NCBI GenBank assembly: GCA_964187785.1
Contig: OZ076412.1
Location: 17,980,001-18,044,000, forward strand
DNA: 64,000 bases
From: Amphiscolops sp. MND2022
Taxonomy: Eukaryota
Direction: 5' to 3'
Of this stretch, positions 38,681 to 50,900 are shown one piece after another. Below the pieces are notes generated by a model. The model searched no databases and was not told the origin of the DNA. It saw only the letters and a program-made list of their open reading frames with translations. The position numbers and the translations under genes are program-made. Positions within the stretch are counted from its first letter, which is position 1. The number at the start of each line of letters is the position of its first letter.

Positions 38681-38930
38681 CAAGCCGTGAACGGCCCAAG
38701 TCGGCGCCACGCTCAATGTTCAAAAAAGCAAACGGTTTCTTAATATGCAAAAGCACACTATGACGAAAACTTCCTGCAACTTCAGAGTGCCGAAAAAATC
38801 CGAAGGGAAACCCAAACGACTCAAAAGCCGCTTTTTTCTATCTGGAAACATCATCATAACTTTCAGAAATGACAAAAAATTCAAAGAATCAATTTTGTTT
38901 CGAAAACCATTTTGGTCACTCGCATAGTGG
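38681..38930 (-). mobile_element. Helitron-like family copy
   Basis: Terminal hairpin GCCGT-TC-ACGGC then TTG; adjacent TGGCGCCGACTTGG core. Confidence 0.55.
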
Positions 38931-41900
38931 CGAAAACCCCTAGGGAGGCCCTCTATGCTCGCAAAACGCCTCTAGGCTCCTTTTCTCGTCAACCAATGCA
39001 ACGTGTAGTAAAAAAACGATCAGACTCTGTTTCGAGCCATAAAAACAAAATCATAGGCGCTAATGTGTTTAGCGTAAGGCTTGCGAAGAACACTTGTTTG
39101 ACACCAACTTGATTCAGGATATAAATCATCTGCATTGCAAACAGTCTCAAAGATAGGTATTGGAAAACTAGATTGGATAAAAGTATCATTTTTTGCAAAT
39201 ATGTACTTAGTAGGTACTTCAGCAAGATGAATGTAGGACTCCACGAGAAGGACTCCTCAGAAAGGCACCATGAAAAAATATAGATTATCATGTCAGTACT
39301 TCGAATGATTTTTGAAATTTTTTAGTCCTTTTAGTCCATTGTTGGGAAGTCAGATTGTAAGATCATCCTACTTTGAGACCTTATAAGATCAATCTGTAAA
39401 ATCTTTGTTGAAACATCCGTTGACAAAACGGTTTCTGCTGTAAGGTAGTTCAGAGGTGTGTCGAAGTTTTTTAAACTCATCATAGAGGACGAGAAATAAG
39501 GGCTCAAAGTTGAAAATGCTGGTCAATGTCACATTTTTAAAAGAAAAAAAGCAAAATTGCCTTTGAAAATCGAATGGCAATAAGCTCCGTTTTGCCTTTA
39601 AAAAAAAAACAAAATACTGCAATAAAGTGTTGTATAAACCCTTTCTAAGGAATTGTTTATGGCATTTCAGTAGAATCTATTATGAACGGCCCATCAGTTC
39701 ATATCTTGCAAAGACGAAGGAAAATACATTTTTTGAAAGTCATTCTGCAACTCTATATTATATATTATATTCGTTTTTAATCGGTGTTTTCTTGTACTGT
39801 ACGAAATACTTCACTTAAAAAAGCATTTTCACCTGAATGGTTCCCTCTGGGCATTTCATTTTCTGTTGTAGCAGTACACAAACAATATCGCAGTTTCACT
39901 GCGCGTTTGTAATTGTTAAAACAAGGGAAGGGAGCTCAGAATTTTCATTGTTATGATTTTGAGTCTTTGATTCATGACTGGTATCCTGTACATTACATAT
40001 CCCGTGGTCTTTAACCGAATTGTTAAAGTTTAATTTGCAGACTAATCATTTCAATCTTTTATTGATGGTTTAATTTTTCAGAGACATGGAAATGTGAAAT
40101 CGACAAAGCGTGGATAATCCTGTCTATTATTTTTTTCTTGAAAACCATTGACCTTTTTCGGGGAACTCGCACACAATTTAGTCGTGTAAAACAGGCTTGT
40201 AGTTAGTAAGTGTGTTAGTGCTTTCATTCTGGGTTCCTTGAATATTTGTCAGCAACTACGTCGAAACCGTTTTGAAGATTTCATTCTGCTTGTCAATAAC
40301 TCTATCATCAAAGACGAAAACAGCATGGCAGGTATTTTTGACTGCAAAGATATTTGGACATCCTGAGACAACAGTGAAATTTTGAGACTTCAGTTGCTCC
40401 TTGACAAACAAAACATTCTACGCGTTCCGTTCGTTGGGAACAATAAGTATTTTAGCTTCGACGAAGTTTTTAACGGAAGTCGGATTGCATTCCTAGTCTA
40501 AACTGCAGAGACGTTTTACATGTTGCAGGCCTGTATGCATTGTATTTGTTATATAAAACAGAAAATTCGGACTGCACGAAGGAAAAACTTGTAAAATTAT
40601 ACTGCAGCTTGAACAATCTTGGCAGAATTTGACTGCGCGTTAAAAAAAGTCAATGCAACTGTCTGAATTTTTTAAAAAAAGTGTCCGAATAGATTTTTTT
40701 GAACGCAAAAAGCTCAAACGGAAGAAACTGTTTAAAACTGTCTGAAGGAGTTAAACCTCTACTATAGGTGGCGGAAAAGGAGAACTTGAATCTGAATTAA
40801 TGTGAACTTTGTAAAGAGCTCTGAAATGTAAGAACTTCAGCTTGAAAAAGTTGGCTATATTTCAAGCAAACGCCACATAATGTGACTGCCATCTCCGTGA
40901 TAAGAAGCAAAAGTTCTGCTCTTATGTAACAATTCAGTCGCCGGCTGAAGAAGTGCTCCACCGATATCAACCAATCTTGTCACAAATGCCATCAGAAAAA
41001 GCAGCTGAATCAATTTGATAAGTCACTGTCGGCAGTGATCCAAGAAACCATTCAACCGTGTTTCCGCGTTCTCTCCATTGTCTCGAAATTGGCATTCAAC
41101 GCAAAATAAGTTCTACCTACATTGCCACCGCCAATTGTTTCGTTGCATTTTTTTTTCTACACGACGTTACAAAAACTTCGCGAATATAGATTCAAAAGCT
41201 TCCAAGAAGGATACAATTCGGCATTTTTGGATTCTTCGGAAGTTTTCTAATTGAGTTTTTTTATTAATTTTCATAACTACATGTTAAGGGAACCTAGTTA
41301 TAATCTGATCTGTGGAACAAGCTCTATTCTAAACTCCATCTCCCCGTTGTCATATATGGGCAATAAAAGTACGAATTCTCGACTGGGTTTTTCCCTTAAA
41401 TGGGCCAGGTTCCATTTTTATTTTGTAATGGTTCAATTTTTATCTGGTTCAATAACCAGAGGTTCCACAGATTTCAAATAATATATTGTTAGGTCCATTG
41501 TGAATGTATTTGCAAAAACTTTAGAAATTTTTCGGAAAAATTTCCTCATCGAGAACTGCCTTCGAATGCCCTCCAAAAGATCCAAAGTTTCTTACTTTTT
41601 TGAAGCAATAAATGCAGTTTCTTATCAAATTTTTTGTGGGTATGAGTGTTCAGAGTTCAAAGACGAAACAACTGTCTACTCAGAACGCGTTTTCTAAAAA
41701 TATATATATTTTTTGTTCAAGAAACGACCGAAAATCAACTTTTGGATATTTTTCCGACCAAACTTTTTTGTGAAATAATAAAAATGATAGGGATGTGCTT
41801 GAAAAAGTGGAGTACTTACCGTTCCGACAAACTAGTCTTTTTTGCTTCCGCCGCACAGTACTGGTCACGAGAAGGGGGTGCTTTTCAACCTTAATATGCC

Positions 41901-42297
41901 ATGTGGTCTGAAGTTGCTATGAATAACCGGTGGTATCCAGCTAATCTACGTCCTCAGGATCACATCACTGCGTGAATAACCTATAACAACAGGAACACCG
42001 ATGAATTTCAACAGAGATAGGAAACACTTAATCTTCCAGCACAACAGTTCTCGAGCAATGAATTAACACAATATGTTAATAAGAGAAGACAATTGAAGAA
42101 CGAGTTCATTGGCGACTGTCTACCCGCCCCGCGAGCTGGGGCACATTTCGGACACTGCTGTGGCAACACTCACTCAGACGGCATTCTAGGGTGTTGGCAT
42201 TAAAATTACAAAAAGCAAAAAAGTTCATTTTAGCAATGCGTGGCGCACTATTTTCGATCATGAGTTGAGCTTTTTTGTGATATTTTCACACTTTTTT

Positions 42298-42747
42298 GTC
42301 GATAGCTCGTTTCCGCGAGCAAAAGCTACAGATGACACATCGGTAGTCCATTGGTGGATATTGTCGATAGCTCGTTTCCGCGAGCAAAAGCTACAGATGA
42401 CACATCGGTAGTCCATTGGTGGATATTGTCGATAGCTCGTTTCCGCGAGCAAAAGCTACAGATGACACATCGGTAGTCCATTGGTGGATATTGTCGATAG
42501 CTCGTTTCCGCGAGCAAAAGCTACAGATGACACATCGGTAGTCCATTGGTGGATATTCTCGATAGCTCGTTTCCGGAGCAAAAGCTACAGATGACACATC
42601 GGTAGTCCATTGGTGGATATTGTCGATAGCTCGTTTCCGCGAGCAAAAGCTACAGATGACACATCGGTAGTCCATTGGTGGATATTGACGATAACTCGTT
42701 TCCGCGAGCTAACGCTACAGATGACACATCGGTAATCCATTGGTAGA
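42298..42747. repeat. 65-bp minisatellite, about 7 copies
   Basis: Units at 42298, 42363, 42428, 42493, 42558 (64 bp), 42622 and 42687 (diverged). Confidence 0.95.
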
Positions 42748-42749
42748 CC

Positions 42750-43308
42750 ATCGGCGGACTGCGACTTGTTGCCAAGCCGGAGTGCCAAACGGTTTGTGAA
42801 GCTAATACAGTTTTCTTATTTCTTTTAGATTGGAAAAAAGTTTTAATTTCGCGTTTTTTGTTAGAGTCCCTCTTTTCAACTACTTTAGGCACTCTAAATC
42901 TTCCCTTTTTCGGCTTTGTGAGACTTTTTTTGAAAATTTCCTAATATCTCCAGAGGGTCCTCCTTCAATTGTTAAAATTTTTGCAACAGAATGGCAAACT
43001 TTTTACGGCACTATGAGACTGTTCAATATTTCGTTTGATATTAGTTTTTCTAAAGATAAAACCACCAATATTAATCATCAATACTATACGAACTTCTAAT
43101 GTAATATTCGGAGTGAAGCGCTATATCCGAATATTTGACGTTATGTCCGAACTATATTGTGTTTTACTACGGAGGAGGCAGAGGTTCAAAACGCTATATC
43201 GGAACTCCTGGAAGCGTTTTCCAAGCACAAAAGGCAACAATTGGGTGTTTCGACACTTTTGATGAGTTTTCAGAGCTTTAAGTATAGCGCCGACTTGAGA
43301 CATTCCCG
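42750..43308 (+). mobile_element. Diverged Helitron-like family copy cut at its 3' end by the LTR
   Basis: TATAGCGCCGACTTGAGACATTCCCG|TGTTACG; family motifs GTGAGACTTTTTT. Confidence 0.5.
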
Positions 43309-45021
43309 TGTTACGAATATTTACTGGGGTGGTTTTAGAGCTAGTCGCAATGTTGTTTTAACAGGTGTTGACGTTCTGGCAACGGAGATGTTTTCTGGCT
43401 CAGAATCAAAATCTTAGTCATTAGTGCAAGTGGGGCGTTTTCTACTTAAAGGTGCTATCAATTTGAGCATTGCCTTTTGGTTCTCAGCTAGTATTTTTGA
43501 CAGATCAGATAAGATTTCTTTTCTCAAAGACGTTTTTATTTCGTCTAAGTTTTCTGGCTCAACCCTGAGAGATTTAATAGGACCTGCGACTAAATCCTCA
43601 GACGGGATATTCTCGTTTACAGGGGTTTCGAAATCTCCAGAAACTAGCTCAGCTACAACTTTCCTCTTCTGGCTTCTAGTTGTCGTTTTCCAGGTTGAAA
43701 ATTCAAAGTCTTCAGTGAAACTAAATTCTTCGAAGAAAAAATTTTTTTTCGTTTTTGCAACGGAACTATATTGATACAAAGCGATATCACAATTGACTGA
43801 ACTTTACATGTGTGTCCTGCATATTTATACCTTTCCAGCATCATTTGTTCCTCACCTAAAAATTCTTAGGTATCTTAAAAATCGGGATTGATCATCAAAA
43901 AGAGCTTATGATTCAAATTATTTCAGCCTCGCGTCATAAAATAAGGTATCGAAAGTCCTAGTTGCGTCGTTATTCCGTAATACTTGTTGAAATCATTCTT
44001 GCTCAGACAATTCCATTTCCTGTTTAAGTCTCAAAATTGCGGCAAAATAAAGGTCTAGCTGAGATTTTCATCGACGAACGGACGCCGACGTGATCAATTA
44101 GTCACTTCCCAAGTTAGGAAGTTAGTGTTCGAAGCAAAAGTATGACACTCAAAAATATTGACGGAAATGAAGCGGAAAAAAGGAATGTAAAAAATGGGAA
44201 ATATCTAAACACTGGAAAGGAACAAACGATGCTGAAACGGCATATCACAAATATCAACTCAAACAAACATTCATCATTCCTTTAACAATAGGATGGGTTA
44301 AACACAAACATTAACAATTACAACGAGGACAACCCGTGTGTATAAAACATCATCATTATCAAAATTAGAAGAATAGTGTAAAATTTTCATTTATCAAAAT
44401 AGGCAACAGACTAGCATCGAATAGGTAGCCTCTCATGATTACAGTAGTGTCACAAATTACAAGGAAACATTTGAAAAGTGCGTGGATCTTACGCTGCATT
44501 TTTGGTTTCATTGTCAAAATGTATCTTCCATAAAATGAAGCTATTCAATTGGAACTCCTTTGTTGATGAGTAAATTGCAACGTAAGTCAACCGTATTTAC
44601 CCTTGGCAGCATCAAATTATAACTTTAGTTTTTCTTACAGTACAACTTTTCCCTATATGAAATCCTATTCCAAAGATCACTTAAATGCGTCGATTCAAAA
44701 AGGAACTAAGTCAAAATTCCGTTTGTACCAATATCTCATATCCACAGTTTTACAGTTTGCTCCGTAAATGCTCCGTATGTATTGAAATTAGTAATAGCTA
44801 ACCAGCGGAATACAATTTTACAATCCGCTCGGTAGTCGTTTCGTACGTATAAAGGTTAGTTATAGCTGAGCGGCGGTGGTTATCGGAGAGAAAGCGCAGC
44901 GCGTATGCGAATTCATTCTCTTTCTCTTAGGTAATTGGCGTTGCTAGGGGCAGCCGAGCACAATTTTATCGGCACGAGCTTAAATAGTTCAATTAAGGAA
45001 CGACGCTATTGCTCCGTAAAA
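43309..45021 (-). repeat. 3' LTR (1713 bp)
   Basis: Colinear with 54018-55743 (about 9 differences in the first 135 bp); the ORF start codon is mutated to ACG at 43684-43686. Confidence 0.92.
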
Positions 45022-45471
45022 ATAGAAACACCCATTATTAGCTCAGTTGAGTGACGCTGTCATATCGTTGAAAACATTTGCTTAAAATCACTTGACTGAG
45101 GCTTTAAGTGAATATTGACAACTACTTTGATATCCGTGAAACCATTTCACTATATTTTATATGTTTTGCATTTCAGATTGATTGAACTCCGTTGGGATCT
45201 CGGAGTTAAATTTTATCTGTGATGTTTTCATTTTAGCGTGGAACAAAAGAAAAAATGGTCCCGCTTAGAAAAACGTTTCTGTTTTAATATTTAGATTAGT
45301 ATGCCAAATTTCAGAAGACAATACCGGAAATAAAAATAGCGTTACGCGTGAAATCATTAAACCGGAAGTTTTAGCTATTCCGAGATCATTTCTGAAAATA
45401 TTCCGTGACGCTTACGTTAAACTTTTGTGATCGGAAAATCATTCACCAGTTCTTTAGTTGTACTGTAAGTA

Positions 45472-46038
45472 TTGATTAAAATAGCTTCAATAAGCTTGTT
45501 GTTCAGTGGTATTTGCAGTAGCTGCGTCCTCTTCTCCTTCCCAATATGTGTCGGCAGTCAGTCTTTAGATCAGAAGGTGCCCGATCTCGAACTCCTTCCG
45601 TTAGCTGAGGTGGTGACTTGTTTCGAGGGAGAGCATCTTCCTGTGTCAGTTGTTTGTGGGAGTCCGTCTCTCATCCGCGTGTTGGATGATAATCGAGCTG
45701 ACGGTCGTCGATGTATGGTGTTGCATTCATTTAATGAAGATGTGTTCCTTCAGTGTTTTCGGCAGTCACATCAGGACGTGTTTGGTATGCTAGAGGTGAC
45801 AACAGCCCTCGAGTACGTCATTCATCGTTTGAAGGGGTCTCTTTATGAAGACTCGACCGAAGATAGGCCTCTCTTGCGGAAGTGTATCCGTGAGGGGTCC
45901 GTTGCATTCAGTGATCTGCGAGATGTCTTGAACTTTGGCCCTCGATTCGTCCTTATATCCGTTACACTGGCCATCCTCATTTCAAGAGCACCGTTGATCG
46001 AGTACGCCTTTTGTTTTCGCGTGTTGCTTCCGTTTTAG
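45472..46038 (+). CDS. Antisense accessory ORF A of the Gypsy element, unknown function
   Basis: 188 codons without a stop, coding-like composition, between pol and the 3' LTR on the opposite strand; the true start is probably near 45530. Confidence 0.6.
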   Translation: MIKIASISLLFSGICSSCVLFSFPICVGSQSLDQKVPDLELLPLAEVVTCFEGEHLPVSVVCGSPSLIRVLDDNRADGRRCMVLHSFNEDVFLQCFRQSHQDVFGMLEVTTALEYVIHRLKGSLYEDSTEDRPLLRKCIREGSVAFSDLRDVLNFGPRFVLISVTLAILISRAPLIEYAFCFRVLLPF

Positions 46039-46379
46039 GGTTTAGGTTTTGGGTCGTTTTGGGTAGGGTGGTGTTTTTGTCCTTGACGTTGCCTTGACAT
46101 TGTTATAGGATAGTTGTATTATTTTAGTTGAGAGGTACCGACTTTGAGATGATTTCCGATAGCCTGATCGTTCATCGGTTCGGCTTCCTTCGATTACTTC
46201 TAGACACCCGTGAGTATGATATTTTCCGTTATGTGTCCGTAACTCCCACTGACAATTGTGAATAGTTTGTCAGGATTTCTGTTATTTGGGACTGTTGCCT
46301 GCTATTGATCTGTTTTGTTTTGGTTGTGTTCTTCCTCGCCCTCACTTTCTTTTAATTGTATGCTCGTGTTTTGTTTTAG

Positions 46380-47594
46380 ACTACATTAATTTCAGAAAGC
46401 TACAACAATGCCGATCAGATTATGCTTTCCATGGGTACAGCGAGGTGTGCAATTTCGTCTATTGTTTGCTGATCCGAATTGCCTGGCATCCATGAATGGG
46501 AAGGTTATATGGACACGTCTAAATTGTCAACTCTTGCTGTTATTGCTGTGGAAGAGTTCCTGATGGATTGTGAGTTCGGACGTGATTTGGCTGATACGAA
46601 GTCAGGTGAAATGCGAGAGTTCCGTGTTAAGTGTCGGGAATGCATCGATCGGTTTGTGTTCCTGATTCTGGATAACGTAACCGTGACGTCTGGCATCTCA
46701 CACGGGCTGTACAGTTTTTGCCCGGAAACTATGTTAGAGGGTGATGACCAGCATGTGTTTGAGTTATTCAATCCACTTTGTGAGTTATTTTCGACATGCA
46801 ACGTGTTATCTTCTGATTAGTTGAAAGCTGCCTCTGCTGAATACAAAAGTTATGTCGTGGAGAAACGGAGGCATCACGAAAATGCTATGTACGCTGCAAA
46901 TGAGATTCATGATGTGGTGCAGTTTCTTCTACGAGACTTTGGTTTCCAGTCCCGTACGCATATATTGCAATTGTTCAAGATCTGTTGCCTTATTGTTGGG
47001 ACACCTGATAGCGATCCTCCTGCGGTGACCATCGATTTAATTGGCAGTACACTTAATCAGTCCAAAACTGTGTTCTGATGGTACAGTCTCACGTCCTCGG
47101 CTCGGGTTTCAATCCGCAATTGTTCTTTTCTGGACCTTTGCTAAATGCTGTTCAGAGGGCTTTTGCGAATGCAGAAGTCTTCTTCGTCAGTGGCGATGTT
47201 GATGTATGGAAACATTTCCGATTGAGTGATGTCGCTGTTTTTGTGGGTCCTTATTCCAGAGTTATTTGTTGGAGCGACGCCAGAGTTGTGAGACATACTA
47301 TATTGAGTGCAATCGAGCAAACCGGAGTTCTCGCGAGAGTCAAGTTGGCAGTTCAACTGATGCTGGGAGCAGTACAAGTTCCGTAGTCAGTTCGAGGAAA
47401 GGAAAAGGTGTCAGTCCTAAGTCAGTTGTTATGAACAGTTAAAAGAATGTTTCTGTGTGTGCTTCTGCGAGTAAACCCAGCGGGTCGTCGAAGAAGGAAG
47501 GCGGAGGCAGTATTGCGATAAAGAAGGCAAAAAAGAGTTCGAAGAGGGGTGTTCCTGATCCCACTGTTAATCATAAAATTGGGAAACTTTTTTA
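46380..47594 (+). pseudogene. Antisense accessory ORF B (about 400 codons, broken), unknown function
   Basis: Track ORFs 46479-46820 and 46821-47078 share a frame across one TAG; frameshift into 47078-47386; basic/Ser-rich tail; acceptor-like TTTTGTTTTAG| at 46379. Confidence 0.6.
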
Positions 47595-47912
47595 ACGATC
47601 GATGTGCTGTCTCTCAATCAACTGTGACTCTTGGCATTTGTATTTATGATTTGATGATAGCCTCTTGTTGTAATTCTTTAGGGCACGTTAGCTGTACGTT
47701 TTTTTTTCGTTTCTTTTTTGAGAAAAAAAACGTTGCCATTCCGGTTCAGTTTGGTATCTTATTCTTTTCGCCTAGTCTTGAGTTGGACGCATGTGTTCCG
47801 TAGTAACTGAGTCAAGCATTCTGAAGTCAGGGTTAATGTTGGGTCTCGGATTAGGTCGCAAGTTGTGTCTCTCCTTTCTTCTAGGATTGTATCCTATAAC
47901 TTTGGCGGTAGT

Positions 47913-50900
47913 TCAGTAGTTTTTTTTGGGGGGTGGGCTTTGTATAGGCGGCGGAGTCAAAATATAGGGATTGTCACTGACATCTAGATTAAATGACGTA
48001 ACGTTATCGGAGGATGTTTTATCCCCGTCAGAGTTTTCAACTGTGGCTGTTTTAGCCACTTCATTTTCCGTTGTAGTTGGGTCATCTGTCTTGTCTGCGA
48101 TCTCGGTGATTGTAGCTTCTTCTATTGAATTCTGCGTAGGCGTTCCGAACAGAACTTCTCCGAATTCGGTTTCCCAAGCTTGCGCGTACCAATCATTGGG
48201 GGTTGTTTTAACCTCTGGATCTGGAAGGTAATCTTCCCTTCTGACTGTTACGTCAGGTACTCGCTGATTGGGCGCATATAGCCTTAGGCGAATTCTATGG
48301 AGGGTTTGCGTGTATCGTGTACCCGTGCGACTTACGACATAATTGTTATTTGGAAGCACTTTGACGTTTACGTAAGGACCAGTGCAGATGCAATCTTTGA
48401 AGGCGAATTTCAATGACTGGTTGTCCGCTTTCGTGTTTAAAACGTAGCAGTAGTCGTTGACCTTGGGAGGCGTAGCAGCCGCTTTCTTGTCGTAGTATTG
48501 TTTGTACTTGAGATATGATTGCATCAGAATATCTTTAACAGCTTGATGGATCTCGGCTATTTGTTTCTGTAGTTGGTCCGTTAAGTCTTCGTTGCCTTTT
48601 TTCCATTGGTTTTAATTCAAGTTCGATGTCTAACATATTGTACGGAATGCGTTCGTGAAACACTGTTGTAGGTTCACTTCCCAAGCTCTCATGATAGCTT
48701 GTGTTGTAGTTCATGACGGCAATCTGGACATATTTGTGCCACATTGAGCGTCTTTCACCCGTTGTTATTTTTAAGGAAGTCTTCAGAGAGGCATGCGTTC
48801 TTTCTAATGTGCCTATTGTTTGCACGTGTTTCGTCGATGCGTGGCTTATCCGTATGTCTAGTGTTTGGGCTATCTGATTGACCACTTTTGATCTGAATTG
48901 TGATCCTTTATCTGTTAGTATGATAGTTGGTAGATAGCAATGTCGTGTCATTTTATCGATTATGCAACGGGCCACTGTCGTTGCTGTCATATCTTGAGTT
49001 GGGTATGCGAAAAAGTAGCGTGAGAAGACATCCATTTTCGTTATGATGTGTTGAAATCCATTGAATGATGGTAAGTTTCGTAATATGTCGACTTCTAGAC
49101 AATCTTCTGGTCCCACTTTGAATTCAGTGTTGCTCAACATTCTGGGACGTATTTGTCTCGTGTCCATTCTCTTGTTGACAATACAATTTGGGCAATTAGT
49201 TACCCAGGCTCTGATTTTTCGTGCTAGTCCCGGAAAATAGTATTTGACTCTACATTCCTGTATCATCTTCGTTATTCCCGGGTGTTTGTTTGTTTTTCCA
49301 TGTAGTGTGGACAAACGATCTGGGACTAGGTGTTTCAGGATTATTATTTGGTTGTGTGTGACTGATCCGTCTTCTCCGAAGTACTTTCGCATTAGGACTC
49401 CATTTTTCATTGTGATTCTTTCTTCGTGACGTAAAAGATTTCGTCCTCTCGGTTCAGTTTAAAGGAGGTGCTTGTCGTATTCTTCATGTGATATCCGTAG
49501 TTTCAACGCTTTGAGGAGGGGATCCGCCTCTTGGTCGTTTCTGATCCTGCTCGTTTCTGATCCTTGCGTTCTCTTTGATTGCGCCGAACGAGTAGACTGC
49601 GGAGTTGAGAGGTATATTGTTGATTTCAGTTACTTTGGTTGATAAGTCTTTTTCGTGTTCTTCCTGGGCGCGTTGTTTGCTTTGTGCTTTCCTGGAAAAA
49701 ATTTCTTGTTCGGATTCTTCTTCTTCATCTGGCAGGAAGAAAAGTTGTTCTTCGTCTGCAACGTCTGATGATTGTAAGTTGACTTCTATTGGTGACGTTA
49801 AGATGTCGTCTCTTAGCTTTAATTGTACTTTTTCTTTTGGAGAGAGTTCGAGTGTTGAGAGGAAGTCTGCTGCCGTGTTCTGGGAGCCTGCTTCGTGCAT
49901 GATTCGGAATTTAAATTGAAGGACATAGTCGCAGGCATTCCGAAGTTCGGGTGGCGTTGTTTTTGTCTAGAAAAAACTTGTTACTGAGCGGTTGTCTGTT
50001 AAAACTAGCGTCGATATCGTTGTTTCCCATAGGATGTGACTATATTCAAGGAATGCGTGGTGTATAGCCAAAAACTTTTTACAGTAGATTGACATCTGTA
50101 GTTGCGCTGGTGAGAAAACACGTGACCCGAGCGCTACAGGCGCGAAAGTTTTCTTTTTGGAGAGGAGTTTTCTTTCGTCATTTTCTTCTATCATTAGGGT
50201 GTAGCCCGATGTTCGGAAACTTGCGTCCGTCATTAGGACGTATTGTTTTCCTGCTATGGGTTGTCTGAGTGCAAGACCGCAGGCTTCCGCTAGGCTGGCG
50301 TTGTTTCTTTGAAGTTGTCGACAAGGTCTTCGAGATTCTAATTTTGGAGTTGGCTTTCAGCAGTTCGTACATACCAATGAGTTTTTCTGATAGGCGCGGT
50401 ATGTAGTTTTGGTAGTAATTGACGAAGCCGATGTATTTTTGGACTTGTTTTTTAAATTTCGGGAATCGAACTTTTGAGAGAATGTTTTGACTTTTTGATC
50501 TTTCGGGGCTACTCCGTCTTGGGTGATGGTTCGGCCGAGAAATTCGACTTGTGTTATACCAAAATGACATTTTTCAATGGTCAATTTTAGTCCCGCTTTC
50601 CGTATACATTTGAAGACTGCTCTGATATTTTTGATGAGTTGTTCCGCTGTATTTGCGGCTATGCCAATATCGTCAACATATTGTGCACACTGATCTGCTT
50701 TGATGACTGAGTCGAGGTACTCCCACATGAAGCTTGAGACGGCTGACAGCGCTCTACTTAGTCCTTGGGCTAGACGATGGTAGGCAAACGTCCTACGTCC
50801 TACTAGCAAAGTTAAAAGCAAGTAATTTTACTGACCTTTCCTCTGCCATTTGGAGGCAGTGATACGCCTGGGAGCAGTCGAGTTTGCAGAACAGTTTTTT

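Noticed and set aside
40230-40500. Protein-like plus-strand frame (RFEDFILLVNN...)
   Set aside because: It contains stops and no recognisable family motif.
41040-41140. Rossmann-like motif TIGGGNVGRTY on the minus strand
   Set aside because: It is followed by several stops and has no supporting domain context; chance is likely.
590-42000. Most 60-100-aa track ORFs
   Set aside because: Expected by chance or derived from repeats; no motifs or splice context.
42298-42747. CRISPR-like array
   Set aside because: Units are contiguous with no unique spacers, there are no cas genes and the context is eukaryotic. The overlapping ORFs at 42258-42892 are repeat artefacts.
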